A DNA stretch of 63,804 nucleotides, the filler included, from Octopus bimaculoides (lineage: Eukaryota), in assembly GCF_001194135.2 (NCBI RefSeq). It is 7 parts of 6 records of this genome, joined end to end, with 100 filler letters (N's around TTAATTAATTAA, not from the genome) between each part and the next. Parts side by side here need not be neighbours in the genome. Positions count along the whole stretch, not along the records: positions 1 to 12,834 come from NC_069004.1; 6 more parts are not named here. One strand, given 5' to 3'. Below the pieces are notes generated by a model. It worked only from the letters and a program-made list of their open reading frames with translations. It searched no databases and had not been told where the DNA came from. Positions 1 through 9,908 of this stretch are shown one piece after another. The stretch's first letter is position 1. Every line of letters begins with the position of its first letter. Position numbers and translations under genes: made by a program.

Positions 1-672
1 GTTCGTACGCATGCGTCATACAGTCTGCCTTTTACTCTGAGTGAGAGTCCCTTTGTCGCCAGCAGGGGTAAGAGCTCTCTAAACTTTGCCCAGGCTATTC
101 TTATTCTAGCAGCTACACTTTCAGCGCACCCACCCCCACTACTAACTTGGTCGCCCAGATAGCGGAAGCTATCGACTACCTCTAGTTTTTCACCCTGGAA
201 TGAGATAGAAGTTGTTTCCTGTTTGTTTGCAGTCTTTATTGCACCTGAACATCTGCCACAAACAAAAACTAACTTGCTAGTTAACCTGCCTTTGATGTTG
301 CTGCACCTCTTATGTGTCCATAGCTTGCACCGGGTACATATATATATATATATTAACTATAAGATGTCTGTCGGAGATAAAAACTTTTATACGTAGGTGT
401 ATTCAGGTGTATTATATATTGATTATATGATTGCTTTCTTAGCATTTATCCCAATGCCTCTGAGCAGGTATCACCATGACAACTTTCTCTGTCATGGTCA
501 ATGCAATAATGACATGCTACACATGTTCATTCCAAGCACTGCTGCAAACAGCAGACGTGAGCTAGAACGGTCAAACTTAAAGAGCATGCACAGCAGTGTT
601 CGAGGCGAATCTGTGCCAAGCAGCTTGACACTGCATGCTTTGGCTTTGTTGCTATGGCAACAGTCTAGATAC

Positions 673-845
673 TTAGTCTTTTCTACTCTAGGCACAAGGC
701 CCAACATTTTTGGGGGGAGGCGGGGGCAGTCGGTTAGATTGACACCAGTATGCAACTGGTATTTAAACTCCAAAAGGATGAAAGGCAAAGTTGACCTCAG
801 TGGAATTTGAACTCAGAATGTAAAGACACGGAATATCCATGCTAG
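673..845 (-). mobile_element. SINE family A copy (degenerate)
   Basis: Reverse complement of the recurring CTGAGTTCAAATTCC..GTCAACTTTGCCTTTCATCCTTT..GCCTTGTGCCTAGAGTAGAAAAGA unit; other copies at 3695-3910(-), 25575-25720(+), 28160-28530(-), 34297-34500(-), 41890-42110(-), 50600-51160(+), 60620-60790(-). Confidence 0.8.
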
Positions 846-1594
846 GTGTATACTACAGGTTACTCTTCAGGGCAAGGATATCTTGATTAAATGAAAGCTT
901 ATCCTACTTCGATGTGAAAAAATCCACAACCCTTCCTTCTCAACAGACCATTATTGTCTTTGGAAGTTNNNNNNNNNNNNNNNNNNNNNNNNNNNNNNNN
1001 NNNNNNNNNNNNNNNNNNNNNNNNNNNNNNNNNNNNNNNNNNNNNNNNNNNNNNNNNNNNNNNNNNNNNNNNNNNNNNNNNNNNNNNNNNNNNNNNNNNN
1101 NNNNNNNNNNNNNNNNNNNNNNNNNNNNNNNNNNNNNNNNNNNNNNNNNNNNNNNNNNNNNNNNNNNNNNNNNNNNNNNNNNNNNNNNNNNNNNNNNNNN
1201 NNNNNNNNNNNNNNNNNNNNNNNNNNNNNNNNNNNNNNNNNNNNNNNNNNNNNNNNNNNNNNNNNNNNNNNNNNNNNNNNNNNNNNNNNNNNNNNNNNNN
1301 NNNNNNNNNNNNNNNNNNNNNNNNNNNNNNNNNNNNNNNNNNNNNNNNNNNNNNNNNNNNNNNNNNNNNNNNNNNNNNNNNNNNNNNNNNNNNNNNNNNN
1401 NNNNNNNNNNNNNNNNNNNNNNNNNNNNNNNNNNNNNNNNNNNNNNNNNNNNNNNNNNNNNNNNNNNNNNNNNNNNNNNNNNNNNNNNNNNNNNNNNNNN
1501 NNNNNNNNNNNNNNNNNNNNNNNNNNNNNNNNNNNNNNNNNNNNNNNNNNNNNNNNNNNNNNNNNNNNNNNNNNNNNNNNNNNNNNNNNNNNNA

Positions 1595-1969
1595 TGCTGG
1601 AGCTTCGCCTTTAGTTGAGCAAATCGACCCCAGGACTTATTCTTTGTAAGCCTAGTATTTTTTCTATCAGCCTCTTTTACCGAACCGCTAAGTTGCGGGG
1701 ACGTAAACACACCAACGTCAGTTGTCAAGTGATGTTGGATGGGACAAACAGGCACATATACACACATACATATACACACAAACATATACACACACATACA
1801 TATACACACATACATATACAAATGTATATACATATGTATACATATATGACAGGCTTCTTTCAGTTTCCGTCTACCAAATCCACTCACAAGGCTTTGGTCG
1901 GCCCGAAGCTATAGTAGAAGACACTTGCCCAAGGGGCCCCCGCAGTGGGACTGAACCCGTGACCATGTG
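1595..1969 (-). mobile_element. SINE family B (tRNA-type head, CORE-like ACCTTGGGCAAGT segment, internal microsatellite)
   Basis: Same unit recurs more than 10 times in the window. Confidence 0.85.
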
Positions 1970-1981
1970 GTTGGTAAGTAG

Positions 1982-2075
1982 CACATGGTTCTGGGTTCAG
2001 TCCCACTGCGTGGCACCTTGAGCAAGTGTCTTCTACTATAGCCTTGGTCTGACCAAAACCTTGTGAAACAAGCCC

Positions 2076-2114
<39 letters not shown>

Positions 2115-2300
2115 GTTTGTGTTTGTGTTTGTTCATCCAACATCACTTGAGAACCGATGCTGGTGTGTTTACGTCCCTGTAACTTAGTGGTTCGGCAAAA
2201 GAGACCAATAGAATAAGTACTTGGCTTACAAAAAATAAGTCCTGGTGCCGATTTGTTCAACTTAAGGCGGTGCTCTAGCATGGCCGCAGTTAAGATAGTG
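1982..2300 (+). mobile_element. SINE family B, head-to-head with the previous copy
   Basis: GGGTTCAGTCCC B-box, CACCTTGAGCAAGTGTC, (TG)n insert, TCCTGGTGCCGATTTG tail. Confidence 0.85.
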
Positions 2301-2401
2301 ATTTACCTACTCTATTAACCAACGTGTGATACCTGTTTTTTTCCAACTCTTGAATTTTTAACATAGCTCTGTGTGTGTGTGTGTGCGTGTGCGTGTGTGT
2401 G

Positions 2402-2459
<58 letters not shown>

Positions 2460-2462
<3 letters not shown>

Positions 2463-2710
2463 TGGGTGTTTGCATGTCTTTGTCTTGATTTTACATTATG
2501 GTTGTAAACAAGCATCACCATCATATAGGCAGTGTTGTTCATTTCAAGTCTTCCATGGAAACACATCTGGCCAAGGGGAAATATTACCTTGAGGTGAAGG
2601 TTGGCAACATCCAACTAAATAGAAAATATGTCTCAGCAAGTTCTGTCTGACCCATGCAAGCATGGAAAAGTGAACATTAAAGTGACAATGATGATGATTA
2701 TGATGATGCA
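2460..2710 (+). mobile_element. Family E repeat with RTE-type 3' tail ending in (GAT)n
   Basis: CCATGCAAGCATGGAAAAGTG..(GAT)n end; copies at 2965-3090(+), 7480-7990(-), 8385-8640(+), 10094-10320(-). Confidence 0.7.
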
Positions 2711-2752
2711 CATGTAGATTTAAAAATACATCTTATAATTTCTTTACTACAG

Positions 2753-2813
2753 CGTCAGTTCCTGGACCCCAGGGGAAATTGTACAAAATCCTACCTCGTG
2801 TTGGTATTGGAAG
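2753..2813 (+). CDS. Myosin exon a (61 nt), SVPGPQGKLYKILPRVGIG(R)
   Basis: Acceptor tttctttactacAG, donor AAG|GTAAGA; ends in phase 2, matching exon b. Confidence 0.8.
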
Positions 2814-5800
2814 GTAAGAGTTTTGTGTGGATGCATGTGTGTGTGTGTGTGTGTTTGTTCACATTTTCACTTCTCTAAAACTCACAAGCTACAAATGGTA
2901 TTGTCATTTCTCTCATCAACAACTTGTCTGCTGGCTTTAAACCTTCAAATATGTCTGAAATAAGAGACACCTAACTTGAGAAACAAGCAAGAGTTAATGA
3001 CTGGAAGGGCACTGGACTGTAAAACACTACTTTAACAATATATTTCTCTAACCCATGCTACCATGGAAAAGTGGACATAAATGACAAAGCTTTGATTAAT
3101 CCAAAGCCATGATAGAAAGTGCTGGAGAGTCGTATTGAATCTGAAATCCCATGGTTGTAAAGTAAACTTTTTAACCATCCAGCCATGCTTGCAGTAAAAT
3201 AATGAGGGAAATTCCCTGTGAGAGATCCAGGACCCTTGTGAGTGTTCAGGAAGTAGAGATTTAGCTCTTTGTCTGTTCAAGTCAATGATAAGTAATGGCC
3301 CTTTAAAGGTTCTTTGGCTCTAAGAGAAAGAGTAAAGAAACTCTTTGGTCATAAATGACCATGGAATTGTATCTAGAAAGTTCCCCTCCAAGGCACAAGT
3401 CCAGGCAAGGTTGTTTATGGAGGACCAGCAGTCGTCCATGCATACCAGCCTCCTCTCTCCACACTACTGATCTTATCCAAGGCAAAGGGGCTGATACAGC
3501 TTGGCACCAGTGATGTTGCAACTCATTTCTATGGCTGAGTGAACTGGAGCAACATAAAATAAAGTATCTTGCTCAAGAACAAAACACAGACCCCAGTCCA
3601 GGAATCGAACTCACTCCCTCATGGTCGTGAACCCGATGCTCTAGCCACTGAGCCATGCAGGAAACATTTACATTTACCATTTTGGAGGAAATATTGATTT
3701 CAAATTTTGGCACAAAGCCTGTAATTTCAGGGGAAGGAGCTAGTCAATTACACTGACCCCCAGTACTCAACTGGTACTTATTTTATTGATCCTGAAAGGA
3801 TGAAAGGCAAAGTCTATCTCAGCAGAATTTGAACTCAGAGCATGAAGACAGATGAAATGCCACCAAGCATATTATCTATCATGCTAACAATTCTGCCAGC
3901 TTCCCACCTTATTTCAGAGGAAATATTAAACTCTGTATTGCAAACTAACTGACCACTCAGCAATGTTACAATGCACTCTGTTTGCAGTTGTGTATTTTTC
4001 CTCTTTATTTGTCATACTTGCCTCTAGAAGAGTTTGTAGGTGGTGAATTCGTAGAATGTTTAGGACAGGAGATTAAACACCTTACGACTTATGTGTTGTG
4101 GTTATGAGTGTCCAGGAAGTGGCTTATGACTTATGTGTTGTGGTTCAAATTCTGCTATGGTCAACTTTGCCCTTCATTGTTTTTTTATTTTTTTATTTTT
4201 ATGGGTTGTGGTCTTTTATAATAAATTACAAGTTCAGGATTGTAAATTAGTAGAACTTTTAGACTGTTACATGGTAAGTCTTGTGTTATAATATCTGGTT
4301 CTGTGAAATCTAAGCTAAAAAATTCCACTTTTAGACTGCCATTAAACTGAAAGAACCATTTCCAAGTAGTTAAAGAAAACCAAACTATCAAATTTAAAAG
4401 TGCTTACATTTTTGGTGGGGACAATCAAAATGCAAAGGTCACAAGAAGGTCAATAGAGATGATGATGATGGTGGCAGCAGTGATGGTTGTTCTGGTGGTA
4501 GTGATGGTGGGGTTGACAGTGATGATGGTGTTGGTGGCAGTGGTGTTAGCTGTGGCGATGATAAAGTCAAAGAGTAGCTGCATAAGCCAAAGACAAAACA
4601 AGAGCTTGGTGATTTGTGAACTGGTAACAGGATACATCTAATTATTTAACTTCTTCAAAACTAATCTGCTCAAGGTTTCTGCTTATGTGAGACAAACTTC
4701 CTGCTTTAAAGTGATGAGAAATTAAAATTTTCCCTCAAAATTACACGTTAATTTGTTCAAAACATCAACTCAGTAGTCATTTTACTAAATTCTTCATTAT
4801 TTTCAAAATACATTGAATTAACTCTTTAACATTTAAACCAGCCATATCCAGCCCAAATTATTCTGCATGTTTTATGTTCAAACTGGCCAGATATGACCTC
4901 TCCTATCTATCCTTTAATGTCATTCTAAAAATAGCAATCACATCGTCATCATCATTTAACGTCCATTTCTTCCATGCTGGTATGGGTTGGACAGTTTGAC
5001 TGAGGTCTGGAGAGCCAGCAACTGCAATAGACTCCAACCACTCCGAGAGTGTAGTGGGTGCTTTTTACGTGCCACCGGCACAGGGGCCAGTCAGGCAGGC
5101 CTGATATCAATCAAGTTCTGATAGTGTGTTTTATGTACCATCGGCATGGGAGCCAGTCAGTGGGTACTGGCATCGGCCACATTTGGATGGTGCTTTTTAC
5201 GTGCCACCAGCATAGGAGGAGCTAATCAGGAGGTACTACCATTGGCCACGTTCAGATGGTGTTTTTTATGTTCCGCTAACAGAGGAGCCTATCAGGCAGA
5301 CCTAGCATCAACCACATTCAGGTGGTGCTTTTTACGTGCTACCGCCACGGGAGCCAATCAGAGGGCACTGGCCACAGCTACGGTATTGGTTTTACTTGAC
5401 TCAACAGGTCTTCTCAAGCATATCATATCGCCCAATGCATCAGGGGTACTCTTAAGTGAGCCAGATCTCACTTTTGTTTTGAATTGATCATGCATTATCT
5501 TGCAGTGATGAGATTTTGAGGAGATAACTGTTAATTTCTAGAATGATATTGTAGGGTTGATATAAGAGTTCACATTTGGCCAGTTTCAACATGAAACAGG
5601 TAGAAAATTTAGGCCGGTTTAGATCCTAAAACATGAAGTGTTGTTTCATTCTTCTATTACAGGTTGTCCAGGCACACAAACACGTTAGCAGAAGATTTTT
5701 GTTTGAAACTCGATGAAATCATCAAGAAAGTCTCTATCACCAAACCCCATTTTATTTATTGCCTAAAGGTAAGTAGATAGCAAGCAATCTATACTCATTG

Positions 5801-6376
5801 AATTATATACCTTCTTGTATGGTTGCTCTTCTCCAACCACTGCAACACTCTGATAATCCTATCTGATGTGAAACACTCCCACCATTCCCTTACAATAAGA
5901 AACACTCTGTATCATTGGTTTCCCACATGTTCACTTGATTACAGTACTTGATGCAAGGTGACAAACTGGCAGAATTATTAAGATATTGAACGAAATTCTT
6001 AAGAGCATTTCATCTGTCATTATGTTCTGAGTTCAGGGCAGCAAGGTAGCAGAAACACTAGCAGGCCGGGCGAAATGCTTAGCGGTATTTCATCTGTCTT
6101 TACGTTCTGAGTTCAAATTCTGCCAAGGTTGACTTTGCCTTTCATCCTTTTGGGGTCGATAAATTAAGTACCAGTCGCGTTCTGGAGTTGATCTAATCAA
6201 CTGGCCCCGCTTCCCTCAAAATTTTTGGGCCTTGTGCCAAGAGTAGAAAAGATTATGTTCTGAGTTCAAATTCTGCCAAGGTCAACTCTGTCTTTCATCT
6301 TTTTGGAGTCATGGGGTCGATGTAATTGATTATCCCCCTCCCGCAAATTTCAGGCCTTGTGTTTATAGTAGAAAAG

Positions 6377-6412
<36 letters not shown>

Positions 6413-9400
6413 GTAATTAAAGCAGCAAGCTGGCAGAATCGTTAGCATTGCTGGACAAAATGCTTATATTCTGAGTTCAAATTCTGCCAAGGTTGACATT
6501 GCCTTTCATCCTTTTGGGGTTGATGAATTAAGTACCAGTGAAACACTGGGGTCGATGTAATTGACTAGTCCCTCCCCCAAAATTTCAGGCCTTGTGCCTT
6601 TAGTAAAAAGGATTATTATTATTAAAAGGCAGTGAGCTGACAGAAACGTGAGCAAATTGGAGAAAATGCCTGGTGGTATTTCATCCATCTTTACATTCTG
6701 AGTTCAAATTCCACCACGATCAACTTTGCCTTTCTTCCCTTTGGGGTTAATAAAATGAGTACCAGTTGAACACGGGTCAATGTAACTGATTTAACTCTTC
6801 CCCGCAAAATTGCTGGCCTTCTGCCTAAATTTGAAACCCTTATTATTATTAAGGTGGTGAGCTTTACTTTGTCTTTACTTTTCAAGTTGAAATTCCATCA
6901 AGGTCAACTTTACCTTTCATCCCCTTCAGTGGTTGGGAAAAAAACCCTTCGTTTTTGATATTTATCACAATTATTTAATACAAAAGAATCTGCTGGCAAA
7001 TCTTTTATTAATTACTGAGTACAAAAGAAAAAGTACATTATTGACTAAGAAAATAAAAGTTTTCACAATTCCATGTCCCACTAAAAAAAAATAATAATTG
7101 GGGATCCCACACCCCCACCACAATTTTCACAGGCCCCCACCAGTGGAGCCCTACATTAGGAATCACTGAACTAGCCCCTCCTCACTAAATTTCAAGTCTT
7201 GTGCCTATGATAGAAAGGATATTGGCATGTGGTTTCTGACCTGTCCATTAAATATATCTCCTTTAAAATATTTCCACATTTGCTCTGATCTGTGATGTTG
7301 GATCTATTTCTAGAGCAATGACAGTTCATCCTACCTGACATTTGAAACTGAAGTGATACGAAGACAACTCCAGAGTTTACAAATTGTAACAACTGCAAAC
7401 ATCATCAAAACAAGTACGTATCCACTCTCTGTTTACTGTTTTTATCTTTTTGCTGAATTTTATACACATACAGAGATCATCATCATCATGATCAATGTTT
7501 TTATATCCGCTTTTCCATGTAATCATACATTGGACAGAATTCATTGTGGCATTCAAGGCGGCGAGCTGGCAGAAGCGTTAGCACGCCGGACGAAATGCTT
7601 AGCGGTATTTTGTCTGCCGCTTCGTTCTGAGTTCAAATTTCGCCGAGGTTGACTTTGCCTTTCATCCTTTCGGGGTCGAGAAAATTAAGTACCAGTTACG
7701 CACTGAGGTCGATGTAATTGACTTAATCCCTTTGTCTGTCCTTGTTTGTCCCCTCTATGTTTAGCCCCTTGTGGGCAATAAAGAAATTAAAAAAAGAAAT
7801 AAGAATTCATTGTGGCAGATTTTCTATGGCTGGGTGCCTTTCCTGTTGTGCACCCTTGTTGGTTTATAAGTAAGGTAACATTTCCTCATGACCAGACATG
7901 TTTTTAATGAAAAATTGGAAACTTACTACACAACTTGTATGACAGTAACACTTGTTTACAATTGTAATGTGACTTCAAAGACAAGGAGTCAAACACACAC
8001 ATATATATACCATGAAAGTATGTATGTGTGCATGTGTGTGTGTATATGCACATATATACAGGGTGTATATATCAAACATGGATGTGATATATCTTGACTT
8101 TTTAAAAGTCTTTGTATAAGGTTGATTATGGGATGATATGTCACAAACTATGGAAACTCAGCATAACTGGAAAGATCAGGGGTGGTTGCATGACTTCTTA
8201 AAACTCAGAAGCCAGATGGATTCTGAGAACCTTCAGAATAAGGACCAGGAAACTATGCTGGTTCTATGGAGGACATTTCTTATCAGCTGTCTGGACTACT
8301 GCTCTCAACTGTGGTCACCTTACAGTGCCAGATTGCATCAGTGGAACGACTGAGCTACTGGGAGAGACTGAAAGAGCTATTTAGGCATGCATGTGTTTGT
8401 GCCTTTTCATCTTGACATTGCGTGAACGTTGTAAGCAAGTGTCACTATCATAAGAGTGTTGTCATTTGTATCCAAACTTTTGTGAAAACCTGTCAAGCTT
8501 TGGAGAAATATTATCTTGCTTGGAAACAAATAAGTGTTAGCAACAGGATGAGCATCCAGCCGTAGAAAATCTGCTTCAATGAATTTTGTCCAATCCATGC
8601 TTACATGTAAAAGTGGTTGTAAAAATGACGATGACTAATAGATTAGATTAGGTATGGTGCCATAAATGGGGTCCTGCTCTGTCATTTCAACCTGACCCAA
8701 CTCAAATTCTGGCTACCATTTATGGTTTCTGTGCACAAAAGAGCAATTCTTGGGGTTGCTGTGTAATTTATTTTAATGTGGTAACTGAAAGAATTCACTG
8801 TTCTCACATAAAAAAAAAAAAAACTCCATGGAAACATGTCTGACCAGAGTTTGTTTCAACAAACCAGTTAACCCTCTATTTTATGGTACAAAGAATATAT
8901 TTTTCTTTTGAATAATATATGAATTTCATGCAGCTGTACGTGTTTATAGTACGTCTGGATGAAGTGACTTGATACACATGTAAAACAAAAAAAAAATGTA
9001 GTTCAATTTTATTTTTAATTCTTATAATTAGTTTCGTTTTTGTTTCCGTAATTTTCTTGACAACACTAACTGTTAACAATTTTTATGATATTCACAGCAC
9101 CAATACATCGAATCAAATACAGTTTATTCAACAACCTCTACAAGCTTCTACTTCCTAAAATATCAACAGCTGCAGGTCAAAGCCAGGAAGAACTCTGCAA
9201 GGTGACCGTTCCCTTTTTAATTCTTATTGGTTGTCATTAAGCATTGATTTCTAATATTGGCATAAACTGATTTGGTGGTATGTTTCCTTATCTGGGTAAA
9301 GCCAATTTGATTGATGTTTGATTCATGTAAGCTGATGAATGAAGGAAAAGCAAAGAAGTGCATACTAGGATGGAAAGATTGAGCAAACTTTTTAGAGTAA

Positions 9401-9763
9401 GAGTCAAGATGGGTGAGTCTGGACAGTTTACACAGATGTAGTCATAGTAGAAAGAACAGAGAATAAATACAGCATGTTTGTGGAGACAGGTGGTGAGTAA
9501 ATCTTTAGCAAATATCCTAATGACGGTGGTGTATAGGGCTGCATTAGCCAATGGACTTCTCATTTATGTAATTTGTATTTGATTTGAGGGAGAATTTGGC
9601 CACTAACTTTACATTTGGCATTGGTTGCAGAATATTCTTGAACATCTCAAAGAAATCAGTCGCAACTTCAGTTTGGAAACCCAAACATTTGACTGGATGT
9701 TTCGACAACATCACTTACTTTTCAGGTAGTGTATAAAATTTGTCTTTTTCTATATCTTCCTCC

Positions 9764-9803
<40 letters not shown>

Positions 9804-9819
9804 CATAAATTTGTCTTTT

Positions 9820-9908
<89 letters not shown>

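Noticed and set aside
1-67. Phase-1 donor GG|GTAAGA that could precede myosin exon a
   Set aside because: The frame (..SLPFTLSESPFVASR) has no resemblance to the expected myosin segment
5057-5385. CRISPR-like repeat/spacer look
   Set aside because: The whole unit is repeated and degenerate, it sits inside a eukaryotic retro-element, and there are no cas genes
9686-9726. Minus-strand CUGAAAA..CGAAAC hammerhead-like motif
   Set aside because: Fully explained by myosin exon e coding sequence; core imperfect
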